From assembly GCA_046759645.1 (NCBI GenBank), contig JBHICO010000001.1, forward strand, positions 5,109-69,108: a stretch of DNA of 64,000 nucleotides, given 5' to 3'. Positions 48,397 through 58,476 of this stretch are shown piece by piece. This stretch comes from Nitrososphaerales archaeon (GTDB taxonomy: Archaea; Thermoproteota; Nitrososphaeria; Nitrososphaerales; UBA213). The position numbers and the translations under genes are program-made. Under the pieces are notes generated by a model that did no database searches, had not been told where the DNA came from, and saw nothing but the letters and a program-made list of their open reading frames with translations. Position 1 is the first letter of the stretch. Each line of letters starts with the position of its first letter.

Positions 48397-48780
48397 ATGA
48401 AGAAGCCTGTTGAGAATTTAATAAAGAGAAAGGCGAGTGGGGGAAGAAGGAGGACATTAAGGAGCAGGAGGAAGTATGAGACAGATCGATATCCAAATGA
48501 ACCCATTTTAGGCAAGCACCAAATCGTAGTAAGGAGGGTCAGAGGTCACAACCTCAAATCAGCTGTGAAAGCAGTGGAGTTTGCTAATGTGGTAGACCCA
48601 ACATCAGGGAAAGTTCTTAAAACGCCGATAAAGGCAGTTGCACATAATCCTTCTAACAAGGATTATGAAAGAAGAGGTGTCGTAACAAAAGGTGCTATAA
48701 TTGAGACCGAATCGGGCACAGCTAGAGTGCTGTCCAGACCAGGGCAGGACGGAACTGTTAATGCTGTACTTGTAAAGTGA
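48397..48780 (+). CDS. rps8e: 30S ribosomal protein S8e
   Basis: KRKASGGRRRTLRSRRKYE, and ARVLSRPGQDGTVNAVLV at the C-terminus. Confidence 0.92.
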   Translation: MKKPVENLIKRKASGGRRRTLRSRRKYETDRYPNEPILGKHQIVVRRVRGHNLKSAVKAVEFANVVDPTSGKVLKTPIKAVAHNPSNKDYERRGVVTKGAIIETESGTARVLSRPGQDGTVNAVLVK

Positions 48781-48786
48781 CTTTCG

Positions 48787-49089
48787 ATGAAAGATTATGA
48801 GCATCAGATCATTTGGTTAGACTATTTTAATAAAAATTTGAGTAGAAGGAAGGGGAGGAAGGTCAACAAAGATAGAGCTGTTTTTGATCCTAAACTTGAT
48901 GAACTGGAGCAGGCTGCAAGGGCATCTGGATACAGCCCTAAGGAAAGCAATGCTGAGACAAATTTTCCAAGAAGAGCTTATGTGAGATCTGGATATATAG
49001 CCATTGACAAGAAACATTCCAAGTCAAAAGTTGTTAACACTATAGGACAGGGTTTGGTGCTATCAAGGGAAAAGAAATCTACGAAGTGA
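48787..49089 (+). CDS. srp19: Signal recognition particle protein SRP19
   Basis: IWLDYFNKNLSRRKGRKV is the SRP19 signature. Confidence 0.88.
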   Translation: MKDYEHQIIWLDYFNKNLSRRKGRKVNKDRAVFDPKLDELEQAARASGYSPKESNAETNFPRRAYVRSGYIAIDKKHSKSKVVNTIGQGLVLSREKKSTK

Positions 49090-49126
49090 TCATGAGCATA
49101 AGATAAAGAAATATTGACAGCCAACT

Positions 49127-49387
49127 ATGATAATAAGCAAAACGATCGTGATCTACTTGCAGGAGGTTGGGGAAGTTTTGCATATAGCGAAAAGTGGTAG
49201 AATAATTGTGAAGCTTAGTCAGAAAGTGAATCCTGGTGACATTTTTGTTGATGCGAAAGGTCGGAAGATCGCTAAGGTTGTAGAACTTATTGGGCCGATA
49301 AAGTCACCTTACGCATCTGCGATGCCCTCTACGGATAGAGTAAAGAAGTATATTGGTATAAAAGTGTACAGGGGAGGAAAATATTGA
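49127..49387 (+). CDS. gar1: H/ACA RNP protein Gar1
   Basis: GEVLHIAKSGRIIVKL...VDAKGRKIAKVVELIGPIKSPYASAMP. The true start may lie downstream of 49127. Confidence 0.8.
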   Translation: MIISKTIVIYLQEVGEVLHIAKSGRIIVKLSQKVNPGDIFVDAKGRKIAKVVELIGPIKSPYASAMPSTDRVKKYIGIKVYRGGKY

Positions 49388-50346
49388 GCGAATCATCTTA
49401 TACAAACAGCTGCCCTGAATGCAATACCAACTTGATTGAAGATAGTAGCAAGGGAGAATGCTTCTGTCCGGGCTGCGGTTATGTAGTCATCGATCAGATA
49501 GAAAACTTAGGACCAGAATCTATATCATCTGATCTGGAGGACAGAATGAAGAATGCTAGAACAGGAAGTCCGATGAGCTATTCTTTACATGATCTTGGCC
49601 TAAGAACAGAAATTGCATATTCGTTTAAGGACTTTAGTGGCAAACCATTAGATTCCTCTGTCGCGGAGCAGATGCACGGAGTAAGGAAATGGCATTCCAG
49701 AATCCGGGTTTCATCTCCAAAAGAAAGAAGATTATCAAATGTGTTATCGAAAATAAATGAAACATGTGCATCACTGAATCTACCTAAACTTATAGTGGAA
49801 ACAGCATCCATGATCTATAGAAACTATGAAAGCCAAAATACGGCTAAAGGCAAATCCGTGGCATGTATGGCTGCTGCTACAGTATATCTTGCATGTAAAA
49901 GATGCAGCGTGCTAAGATCGCTGGAAGAAATCATTGCAGCTGCGGGAACCCAAGGTGCAAACAATTCATATCTGAAGTTGACCTCAAAGTACTACAGGAT
50001 GTTGGTGATGGACATCGGTGGGAACCTACAACAGCAGCTTTCGATAGATCACTACATTTCTAAACTGGCTAATATGTCAAAAATTGACGTTAAGGTTGAG
50101 AGACTTGCTGTTGAGATGGCACATGTAACAGAGGATCATGTATTAGCAGATGGTAAAGCACCAAATGGTCTTGCTGCTGCTTACCTCTACATAGCTTCCA
50201 TACTCCTTGGAGTTAACGTCCTACAACGAGATGTTTCCAGTCTTTCTAATGTGACAGAGGTTACTATCAGAAACAGGTGCAAGGATTTGCTTACAAACTT
50301 CAAGATGTTTGTCACCCTCAAGCCACAAGGCAGCGTTTCTAACTAA
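49384..50346 (+). CDS. tfb: Transcription initiation factor TFB (TFIIB homologue)
   Basis: N-terminal zinc ribbon CPECNT...CPGCGYVV, a B-finger/linker and two cyclin-fold repeats. TTG start overlaps the gar1 stop. Confidence 0.93.
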   Translation: MSESSYTNSCPECNTNLIEDSSKGECFCPGCGYVVIDQIENLGPESISSDLEDRMKNARTGSPMSYSLHDLGLRTEIAYSFKDFSGKPLDSSVAEQMHGVRKWHSRIRVSSPKERRLSNVLSKINETCASLNLPKLIVETASMIYRNYESQNTAKGKSVACMAAATVYLACKRCSVLRSLEEIIAAAGTQGANNSYLKLTSKYYRMLVMDIGGNLQQQLSIDHYISKLANMSKIDVKVERLAVEMAHVTEDHVLADGKAPNGLAAAYLYIASILLGVNVLQRDVSSLSNVTEVTIRNRCKDLLTNFKMFVTLKPQGSVSN

Positions 50347-50390
50347 CCTTTATCAAGCTTTATATTAGATTTTTGAAGTTAGGCACTCAT

Positions 50391-51155
50391 ATGGTACAGC
50401 TAGAAATTAAAAATCTGTCTGTTAGCATTGATAACAAGGAGATAATCAAGGGCCTTAATTTCAGCGCCAAGCAGGGAGAAGTGCATGCGTTGATGGGTCC
50501 GAATGGTTCTGGTAAAAGCACCTTGGCCTATACGGTGTTAGGACATCCAAAGTATACCATTACAGAAGGAGATATTTTGATCGATGGAGAGAGTCTGCTG
50601 GAGATGTCTACTGATGAACGGGCAAAGAAAGGACTCTTTCTGGGATTCCAATATCCAACAGAAGTGTCTGGTGTAGGTTACAGCAATTTTTTGCGAAGTG
50701 CATACAATTCACTGAGCAAGGCATTTGGCCAGGAAAATAGAGAAGTGTTCTTGACAGTCAGGGAATTTCATGATTATATAAAGAAGAATCTGGATCTTGT
50801 TGGCCTTGATAGTTCATTCCTAGCAAGATATCTTAACGAAGGATTTTCTGGAGGAGAAAAGAAACGTTCTGAAGTTATGCAGATGCTTGTTCTAAAACCA
50901 AAGTTTGCCATCCTCGATGAGCCTGATTCTGGGCTTGATATTGATGCTGTTAAATCAGTTGCGGGTTCGATTAATCAATTGGTAAATCCGGAAAGTAGTG
51001 TTATCGTTATAACGCACTATGCGAGGATTTTGCGCTACATGGACAAACTGGACTATGTACATGTTATGTCCAAAGGCAAGATCGTAAAATCCGGTGGGAG
51101 AGAACTTGCTGACATGCTCGAACAGAAGGGTTACAGCTGGCTTGAGGATAGCTAG
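50391..51155 (+). CDS. sufC: Fe-S cluster assembly ATPase SufC
   Basis: LEIKNLSV, GPNGSGKSTL, VLGHPKY, FSGGEKKR and LDEPDSGLD. Start set at ATG 50391. Confidence 0.93.
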   Translation: MVQLEIKNLSVSIDNKEIIKGLNFSAKQGEVHALMGPNGSGKSTLAYTVLGHPKYTITEGDILIDGESLLEMSTDERAKKGLFLGFQYPTEVSGVGYSNFLRSAYNSLSKAFGQENREVFLTVREFHDYIKKNLDLVGLDSSFLARYLNEGFSGGEKKRSEVMQMLVLKPKFAILDEPDSGLDIDAVKSVAGSINQLVNPESSVIVITHYARILRYMDKLDYVHVMSKGKIVKSGGRELADMLEQKGYSWLEDS

Positions 51156-51306
51156 AAGAGAAAAGCAGAGTCGTGTTAGTTCTTGCCTGTCCTAATCATG
51201 TCATTCGATTTTTTTGATCTACTCAGAAATAATAATCAGATATTTTATTAATTTTAAAAGCTAAGGGAATTATAGTTTTAAATATGGATACAGTCTCTTC
51301 ATCACT

Positions 51307-51981
51307 ATGTCTAATAATTCGAAGCGTAAATTTCTTAACTTTTCGTTCTTTAAAATTGATTCCAAATGGCGATGGATGAACGGACAAACCAAACAGGACT
51401 CTGCAAAAGAGTTCATTTCGATCATAAATGCAGCAGATACGGTGCAGTGTAGAACATATTCTACACTGGGATTAAGGGAGGACGCTGACTTTTTGCTTTG
51501 GTTCATCTCCGATGACGTGGACAGCACTCAGGATATTATATCCAAATTGTACTATACAGTGCTTGGAAAATACATTAATTCAACTTATAATTATCTGTCA
51601 GCAACAAGGCCTTCAACATATGCTCCGTCTGCTGTACCTGCATTCATGAAGGGCGAGAAACCCTTGCGGTATCTAATAGTTTATCCATTCATAAAGAGCA
51701 GGAAATGGTACTTGCTACCATTTGAAGAGCGAAAGAAGATGATGGAAGAGCACATAGTTGTAGGAAGAAAGTTTCCACAGGTGAAGTTAAACACGACATA
51801 TTCATTTGGGCTGGGTGATCAGGACTTTATGCTTGCTTTCGAAACAGATGATCTATCAGCATTTCAAGATCTTATAATGCAGCTGCGGGAGATTCAAGTA
51901 AGTAAATATATTGTAAAGGATACCCCTATGATGGTATGTGTTCGGAAAGAACTGGAGGAGCTAATTAGGAGTCTGGGTTGA
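51307..51981 (+). CDS. Chlorite dismutase family (Cld-like/HemQ-like) protein
   Basis: FLNFSFFKIDSKWRW, and FMLAFETDDLSAFQDLIMQLREIQVSKY typical of the Cld/HemQ superfamily C-terminal half. Confidence 0.85.
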   Translation: MSNNSKRKFLNFSFFKIDSKWRWMNGQTKQDSAKEFISIINAADTVQCRTYSTLGLREDADFLLWFISDDVDSTQDIISKLYYTVLGKYINSTYNYLSATRPSTYAPSAVPAFMKGEKPLRYLIVYPFIKSRKWYLLPFEERKKMMEEHIVVGRKFPQVKLNTTYSFGLGDQDFMLAFETDDLSAFQDLIMQLREIQVSKYIVKDTPMMVCVRKELEELIRSLG

Positions 51982-51982
51982 T

Positions 51983-52540
51983 ATGCAAACTTTGAAAGAA
52001 TGGAAGGTGTTGAAGGAATGGGCTATAGTCGTAAACGCACTAGAAAAGGGTGAACAGTGCGTGTTATTTAGGAAGGGTGGTATACTTGATGCCGGTTTCT
52101 CTGTTGAGAGTTCGGAGTTTATGCTCTTCCCGACATTCGCGCATCAGACCAAAGATTATCTTAGAGATGATTACAAGGAAAGGTTTGAGGAGCTACGACT
52201 GCAAGGAAATGCAAAAAGCGTTACTATTACGTCGGCTGGGAAAGTAGTGAATGTAAGGGAGACGAGTGATAAGGAGAAAATCCGTAAGCTGAACAAGTAT
52301 CATGTGTATAATGATGACTTCATAGACTACAGGATGGAATGGAATCCAGAGAAACCTATGACCATACTGTTTGTTCGTACTTATTTCCTGGATAATCCTC
52401 TTACGATAGATATTCTGCCTGAATATTCTGGATGTAGATCATGGATCAGGCTGAACGCGTCCTCAAGTTTAGGCAAACCAGTATTTAACGATAAGGAATT
52501 TGATGATCTTATGCAAGAGGCGGAGGCGCTTATAGCATGA
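51983..52540 (+). CDS. DUF1802 family protein
   Basis: KEWAIVVNALEKGEQCVLFRKGGI matches the DUF1802 N-terminal signature as I recall it. Confidence 0.75.
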   Translation: MQTLKEWKVLKEWAIVVNALEKGEQCVLFRKGGILDAGFSVESSEFMLFPTFAHQTKDYLRDDYKERFEELRLQGNAKSVTITSAGKVVNVRETSDKEKIRKLNKYHVYNDDFIDYRMEWNPEKPMTILFVRTYFLDNPLTIDILPEYSGCRSWIRLNASSSLGKPVFNDKEFDDLMQEAEALIA

Positions 52541-53523
52541 AGTATAGAAAACTTGGAAAGAGCAACATAAAGGTCTCAGAGATAGGTTTTGGTGCGTGGG
52601 TCATTGGATTGGATTGGTGGGGCAAGAAGATCGGTGATGATGAAGCTATCAAGATGCTGAAGAAGGCCCACGATTTAGGAATCACTTTTTATGATACAGC
52701 TGATATCTACGGAAAGGGAAGAAGCGAGAAACTTATCGCCAAAGTATTCAAAGATATGCGAAATGAAGTAGTCTTATCAACAAAATTTGGTTATGATATT
52801 TACAGCAGTGTTGAACAGATAGGTCATAATGAACTACCTCAAAAAGTTTCACCAGAATTTACAAGGTATGCATTGGAACAGAGTTTGAGCAGGTTGGACA
52901 CAGATTACATAGATCTTTACAGCTTGCATAATCCCAAGATGGAACATATACAAAGCGATGATGTGTTCATAACGCTTAATAAATTGATGGAAGATGGAAA
53001 GATCAGGCATTGTGGTGCTGCATTAGGTCCTGCTATTGGGTGGAGGGAAGAGGGCATACTTGCGATGCAGAATAGAAATATCACTGCAATACAGACAGTT
53101 TACAACATTCTTGAGCAGGACCCTGGTAGGGACTTCTTCCCTGTTGCAAGAGAGATGGATGTAGGTGTAATGGTCCGAGTCCCTGACGCATCTGGCGTTC
53201 TAACAGGTAAAGTCAATACTAATACAGTTATGGGTAAGAACGATCATAGAAGTCACAGAAAGCAGGAATGGATAGCAGAAGCTATGAAGAAGATAGAAAA
53301 CCTGAAACCATTCGCAGAATCGAAGGGATGGAATATTCTTGAATTGGCTATCAAGTTCATACTTTCAGAAAAGTCTATTTCAGTGGTATTGCCTACTGTT
53401 ACCAATGCGGAAGAACTCGAGATGTTTGCAAATATTTCAGATGGCATCTATCTTAATCAGAATGAGTTTGAGCGCGTGAGGGATATGTACAACAATAATT
53501 TTTACGTTCAAGTGTCAAGTTAG
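52537..53523 (+). CDS. Aldo/keto reductase
   Basis: YRKLGKSNIKVSEIGFGAW, FYDTADIYG, DLYSLHNP and IQTVYNILEQ. Confidence 0.9.
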   Translation: MKYRKLGKSNIKVSEIGFGAWVIGLDWWGKKIGDDEAIKMLKKAHDLGITFYDTADIYGKGRSEKLIAKVFKDMRNEVVLSTKFGYDIYSSVEQIGHNELPQKVSPEFTRYALEQSLSRLDTDYIDLYSLHNPKMEHIQSDDVFITLNKLMEDGKIRHCGAALGPAIGWREEGILAMQNRNITAIQTVYNILEQDPGRDFFPVAREMDVGVMVRVPDASGVLTGKVNTNTVMGKNDHRSHRKQEWIAEAMKKIENLKPFAESKGWNILELAIKFILSEKSISVVLPTVTNAEELEMFANISDGIYLNQNEFERVRDMYNNNFYVQVSS

Positions 53524-54560
53524 TTCTGCACATTTATCTGTTCGTAGTTTTCTTCAAAGTACTTGACTCGTTCTTTCTTGAATTCCGTTGAACTGAACAG
53601 TATTCTGTATTCACTTATGCCTATGTGCTTTGACATCTCCTTGCCTATCCTTTCACATGCTTCCTTAGTCCTTGCATGTACCATGCTGAAAAGATTGTAT
53701 GGCCAATCCTGATAAATTGGTCTCTGATAGCAATGACTTACTTGGGGAAACTCTGCCAGTTTCATACCAACTTCATCAATTCTTTCTTCAGGAACCTTCC
53801 AGACAATCATACCATTGGCTACAAAGCCAGCATCTCTGTGTCGCAGTATGGCTGCGAACCTTCTCATAACTCCAATTCTTTCATACTCTTTAGCTTTTTC
53901 AAACAATTGATCTATAGTGATTCCCAACCGTTTTGCAGGTCCACTGAATGGTGTAGCATTTATCTCCACATCCTTCTGCAGCTCTCTTATGAAATCCTTG
54001 TCTCGTTCGCTAGGGCTGAAATTAACATGGTCAACATGCTTTGGCTTGTCAGTTGGTTCAGGACTTTCTGTATCGTGATTAAGCACATCTAGCTTGACGC
54101 CTATCTTGTAAAGTCTTAATGTGGGCAGAATTCTATATTTTATTACTCCATCAAGCTTCGCGAACTTTGCCAGATCATGCTGTATGCTTCCGTTAGGGGG
54201 AATGGCAATAGTAAACCAAAGGTTGTATTCATGATCACGCTCATAATTATGACTGACCCCCGGGTGTTCATTTATTGCATTTGCGACCCATTCGAGTTTT
54301 TTGGGTCTTATGCTCATAGCGACCAAAGCGCTCTTGTAACCCAACCTTCTGGTATCGAATATAGCATTGATCTGTCTTATCACACCTGTATCCTTGATCG
54401 ACTTTACTCTTCGCATGGCTTCCTTTTCGCTCATGTTCAATCGCTTGCCAATTTCTGCAAAAGGCCTTTCCTTCAGAGGAAAGTCCCACTGAATTAGATT
54501 TAGAATCGCTTTATCGTTAGTATCAAACTCTATCATAGCATCTTGCAGCTGTATAATCAA
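53520..54560 (-). CDS. ahbAB: Siroheme decarboxylase, fused AhbA/AhbB (NirDL-like, Lrp/AsnC fold)
   Basis: There are two tandem modules, LNLIQWDFPLKERPFAEIGKRLNMSEKEAMRRVKSIKDTGVIRQI and IRELQKDVEINATPFSGPAKRLGITIDQL. TTG at 54560, with an alternative ATG at 54536. Confidence 0.8.
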   Translation of the reverse strand: MIIQLQDAMIEFDTNDKAILNLIQWDFPLKERPFAEIGKRLNMSEKEAMRRVKSIKDTGVIRQINAIFDTRRLGYKSALVAMSIRPKKLEWVANAINEHPGVSHNYERDHEYNLWFTIAIPPNGSIQHDLAKFAKLDGVIKYRILPTLRLYKIGVKLDVLNHDTESPEPTDKPKHVDHVNFSPSERDKDFIRELQKDVEINATPFSGPAKRLGITIDQLFEKAKEYERIGVMRRFAAILRHRDAGFVANGMIVWKVPEERIDEVGMKLAEFPQVSHCYQRPIYQDWPYNLFSMVHARTKEACERIGKEMSKHIGISEYRILFSSTEFKKERVKYFEENYEQINVQN

Positions 54561-54591
54561 GGTTAAAACTTTAACTGAATTGTTCTAGAAA

Positions 54592-55308
54592 ATGAATCCC
54601 AATGTAATCTATAAATACCTTATATACACACGTTATCTTATTTCGGTGTATAGTTTGATAGTAGACCTTAATCTTGCTGGAAGGTTGGCCATAGTTATCG
54701 GTGGGGGCACTGAAGGCATTAGAAAAGTGAAATCGCTTTTAGGCCAACACTGCAAGATCATAGTTGTGAGTAATAGGTTAAACAAGTTTTTGCTAGATCT
54801 AGCTGCAAGGCGCAAAATAGATCTTATTAAATCAAACTTGAAAGATGCTATGATACTAGACAAGTTTGAGAAACCTTTCCTTGTTCTTGCATGTACAAAC
54901 GATCGTTCTCTGAACAGAGAACTAGTGCAAAAGGCAAAGAAGATCGGTGCGTTTGCTTATGCGGCTGATGATCCTACGGTTAGCGACTTGACCTATTTGG
55001 CGATCATCAACATTGATGACATGGTGTTTGTTGCAATTTCTACTAAAGGTAAGAGCCCTGCTATGGCTAGAATGTTAAGGATAAGGGCAGAGCGTGTGCT
55101 TAAGCGATTGATCAAGGAAGAAGATCTTGAATATATAAAATTAGCAAACTTTGCGAGAGATGCTGCAAAAAGTGCATTGAAGGATTCAAATGCTAGAAAG
55201 AAGTACCTTTACAAAGTAATTAAAGATAAGAAGATCAAAAGCCTTATCAGGAGTAAGAAATTTGATGATGCTAAAGGCACAGCTATGGAATTATTGGAGG
55301 CGTGGTAA
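54592..55308 (+). CDS. sirC: Precorrin-2 dehydrogenase / sirohydrochlorin ferrochelatase (SirC / CysG N-terminal-like)
   Basis: LAGRLAIVIGGGTEGIRKVKSLL Rossmann motif. The N-terminus looks too long. An in-frame GTG at 54646 sits about 24 nt after a TTATATA box, so a leaderless start there is plausible. Confidence 0.8.
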   Translation: MNPNVIYKYLIYTRYLISVYSLIVDLNLAGRLAIVIGGGTEGIRKVKSLLGQHCKIIVVSNRLNKFLLDLAARRKIDLIKSNLKDAMILDKFEKPFLVLACTNDRSLNRELVQKAKKIGAFAYAADDPTVSDLTYLAIINIDDMVFVAISTKGKSPAMARMLRIRAERVLKRLIKEEDLEYIKLANFARDAAKSALKDSNARKKYLYKVIKDKKIKSLIRSKKFDDAKGTAMELLEAW

Positions 55309-55310
55309 TA

Positions 55311-56564
55311 ATGAGTCAACTTGATATAATGAATGCAAGGGTTACGTATAGGAAAGTTCCTATACACATACTCGAGAAATTTACATTTAAGGATCTTGAC
55401 ACTGCATACAAATCATTCAAGGCAGATAGATCTATTAAGGAATGTGTTATCCTGCAGACATGTAACAGGGTTGAGATCTATGTTTTGTCGGATAATGCGG
55501 GTCATGAAAAACTTTTACATTTATGGGGTAAAAATGCTGGTCTAACCACAGACATGTTTAGAAATTATTTGGAGCTAAGCTTTGGAGAAGACGTGGTTCA
55601 TCATTTATTGAAACTCGCATCCGGTTTGGATTCGCTGGTTATAGGCGAGGATCAGATTCTTGGCCAAGTGAAACGTGCATTTGATTCTGCAAAGAAGGGT
55701 GGATATGCAGGCGTGCATCTAGGGCTTTTGTTCGATAATGCTATAAAAGTTGGAGGGAAGGTTAGAACGAGCACGGGCATTAACAAAGGAACCGTATCAT
55801 ATGGTTCCATGGCCGTCAAACTCGCTGAGGAACATCTGGGTGGCCTTAATGGAAAGAACATAATGATCATAGGTTCTGGAGAAGCTGCCTGTCTGGTTGC
55901 AAAAACACTGAAGAAGCGCAAGATCGGCTTTATGGTTACAAGCAGAACCTTAGAACGAGCGCGGTCCTTCTCTCAGACTGCGGGAGGCGAGCCAATTGCG
56001 TTTGAGAACGCATTTGTGATGCTAAAAGAGATAGATGTATTGTTCGTCGCGAGCACAGCACCTTACTTTTTAGTTCCGTTTGAAAGAGCAGCGCATGCGA
56101 TGGAAGGTAGGCGTAAACCTCTAGTTATATTGGATCTCTCTAATCCAAGAACAGTAGAAGAGAAGGTTGCTATGTTGCATGGTGTGAAGTTGATCAACAT
56201 AGATGAGGTTTCGGCACTGGTAGAAAGGAATATGAATGTAAGGATGCAGGAAGTGGAGGATGTAGAAAGAATAATAGAGGAAGGAGTTTATTCCGTACAA
56301 GCAAGGATGAAGAGATTAGAAGTTGATCCTGCAGTAGATGTGCTTTTCAAGAAAGCACATGCTATCCGTAAAAGAGAGTTAGAGAAGGCTTTGCAGATTC
56401 TTGGCGATCTGGATGAGGACCAGAAGAAAGTTATAGATCAGCTAAGCCATGCTATTGTTGAAGGTATTCTTTCGAATCCTATGGACACGCTGAGAAAGGT
56501 GTCGCAAGAAGGGGATAAAGAACTTATGAAGGCTATTTTAAAGCTGTTTCAGTATGAGCGATAG
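55311..56564 (+). CDS. hemA: Glutamyl-tRNA reductase
   Basis: LQTCNRVEIY (catalytic Cys), SGLDSLVIGEDQILGQVK and the NADPH site IIGSGEAA. The ATG lies 2 nt after the sirC stop. Confidence 0.93.
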   Translation: MSQLDIMNARVTYRKVPIHILEKFTFKDLDTAYKSFKADRSIKECVILQTCNRVEIYVLSDNAGHEKLLHLWGKNAGLTTDMFRNYLELSFGEDVVHHLLKLASGLDSLVIGEDQILGQVKRAFDSAKKGGYAGVHLGLLFDNAIKVGGKVRTSTGINKGTVSYGSMAVKLAEEHLGGLNGKNIMIIGSGEAACLVAKTLKKRKIGFMVTSRTLERARSFSQTAGGEPIAFENAFVMLKEIDVLFVASTAPYFLVPFERAAHAMEGRRKPLVILDLSNPRTVEEKVAMLHGVKLINIDEVSALVERNMNVRMQEVEDVERIIEEGVYSVQARMKRLEVDPAVDVLFKKAHAIRKRELEKALQILGDLDEDQKKVIDQLSHAIVEGILSNPMDTLRKVSQEGDKELMKAILKLFQYER

Positions 56565-57540
56565 TTCTTTTCCAACGGTAAGGCTCCGCAGGTTAAGAAG
56601 AAGTAAAAAGGTCAGAGAGTTGTTGCAGGAGGTTCGACTTTCTACAAGCGATCTTATAGCTCCTGTGTTTGTGCAGGAGAATGTGTCAAAACCAGAAAAT
56701 ATCGAATCTCTTCCCGGCATGATGCGCCTTCCTCTGGAGAGGGTTACTGACGAAGTTAGGGAAATAACATCATTGGGCATACCCGCAGTGATATTATTCG
56801 GCTTACCTGAGAAGAAAGATGAACTGGGCACATCAGCATATGATGACAATGGCATAGTACAAAAGGCTGTGTCATTGATCAGGAAAGAGATCGGAGATGA
56901 TGTCGCCATTGTGACGGATGTATGTCTATGCCAGTACACAACAAAGGCACATTGTGGTCTTGTAAATGATAGTATTATAGACAATGACAGTAGTATTGAT
57001 ACTCTTGCGAAGATAGCCGTAAGTCATGCTAGGGCAGGTGCGGATATCGTTGCCCCATCTTCCATGATGGATGGTCAGGTGAAAGCGATTAGAGAAGGTC
57101 TGGATGATAAAAGCTTTAAGGATGTAGCTATAATGGCGTATTCTGCCAAGCATGCTTCACCATTATACGCCCCATTCAGAGATGTGGCCCACTCTACCCC
57201 AAAATTCGGAGACCGAAAAAGCTATCAGTTATCATACACAAATCCAAATGAAGCTATTCGTGAAATAGAACTTGACATAAGTGAAGGTGCTGATATAGTG
57301 ATGGTTAAACCAGCTATAGCTTATTTGGATCTTATTTACGTAGTAAAAAATATGTTCCATCTTCCGTTAGCGGCTTACAGTGTGTCAGGAGAATATGCGT
57401 TGGTAAAAGCTGCTGCAAGGCAAGGCGTGATAGATGAGGATGCCATTGTACTTGAATTATTGACATCTATAAAGCGTGCAGGTGCTGACATTATTATAAC
57501 TTATTTCGCAAAACAAGCAAGTAGACTGAAATCACCCTGA
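56554..57540 (+). CDS. hemB: Porphobilinogen synthase (delta-aminolevulinate dehydratase), Zn-type
   Basis: RLRRLRRS, Cys-rich metal site DVCLCQYTTKAHCG, active-site Lys context IVMVKPA, and ITYFA. Confidence 0.95.
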   Translation: MSDSSFPTVRLRRLRRSKKVRELLQEVRLSTSDLIAPVFVQENVSKPENIESLPGMMRLPLERVTDEVREITSLGIPAVILFGLPEKKDELGTSAYDDNGIVQKAVSLIRKEIGDDVAIVTDVCLCQYTTKAHCGLVNDSIIDNDSSIDTLAKIAVSHARAGADIVAPSSMMDGQVKAIREGLDDKSFKDVAIMAYSAKHASPLYAPFRDVAHSTPKFGDRKSYQLSYTNPNEAIREIELDISEGADIVMVKPAIAYLDLIYVVKNMFHLPLAAYSVSGEYALVKAAARQGVIDEDAIVLELLTSIKRAGADIIITYFAKQASRLKSP

Positions 57541-58368
57541 GCTATATGACAGAAATATCGAACCTATAATCACTATTGTTGCTCCAATATAGATTGCTGT
57601 AAAGCTCTTTCGATGCGATGCTTCCCTGAAGTAGAGTAATCCCCACGATACGTTGAAGAGCAATGCTAATTGTGTTAGCGGATAACCTACAGTAAGACCC
57701 AATGCGGCGACAGCAAGGAAACTCGCAATATTTCCGACGTTCCATATCGCACCAGAAACTATACCTGTTAGTGTTTCCCTCTTTCTGAACCGCCTAGTAG
57801 CAATCAATATTCCGGTACCGATCACGAATATGGCCAAAGACATTGAAAAGAAGCTGTTTTCCAAGTTGCTGAACAGCTGGACAGGAACGAAAAGGCTTCC
57901 CCATAAAATGCCCGCAATTACTGTGAGCAAGTAACCTTTAATGTCTTTAGCCTTCCTTTCTCCAATAGCAATTAATGGCATCCCAGAGGCAAGCATGGCA
58001 ATACCTATTATTGCAAAAGCAAGTGAACTTAATTGCTCATTAAAAAATAGTAACCCCCATAGAAATGATGTTATAATTATCATACTTCCGACCAACGGAG
58101 CAACCCGTCCCAAACCAATGTATTTGATAGCGAAAATGGCTAAGGTGCTAGCCGTGACCCAAATCGCACCTGCGCTTATTCCTGCGAGATCTATTAACAT
58201 AGAACCATAAAATGGAACCATTGCCAGTGCGAATAAAATCGCCCCTATACCAATTGCACCTTGGGTATGGAAAATATTAGTGATGCCAAATTTCTTTATT
58301 GGTACTAGGTATGTACCCCAGCTTGCAGCTGCTATAAATGCGAACCCAATACCAAAATAATCTACCAT
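57532..58368 (-). CDS. DMT-superfamily membrane transporter (GRP sugar-uptake-like)
   Basis: 278 aa with about 10 TM helices and an internal two-fold repeat. SGAIWNVGN resembles the GRP family. Confidence 0.7.
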   Translation of the reverse strand: MVDYFGIGFAFIAAASWGTYLVPIKKFGITNIFHTQGAIGIGAILFALAMVPFYGSMLIDLAGISAGAIWVTASTLAIFAIKYIGLGRVAPLVGSMIIITSFLWGLLFFNEQLSSLAFAIIGIAMLASGMPLIAIGERKAKDIKGYLLTVIAGILWGSLFVPVQLFSNLENSFFSMSLAIFVIGTGILIATRRFRKRETLTGIVSGAIWNVGNIASFLAVAALGLTVGYPLTQLALLFNVSWGLLYFREASHRKSFTAIYIGATIVIIGSIFLSYSSG

Positions 58369-58476
58369 TATTAGTCGCTTGAAAGAAGTAGATAATTAAT
58401 AGTTGTTGAATCAAGAAGAAAATTTATGATAGAACTCCATATCAGATTAAAAAGTTCGTTAAGGCTATGGGTATGA

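Noticed and set aside
56538-56984. 148-aa minus-strand ORF
   Set aside because: It is antisense to hemB, whose motifs are unambiguous.
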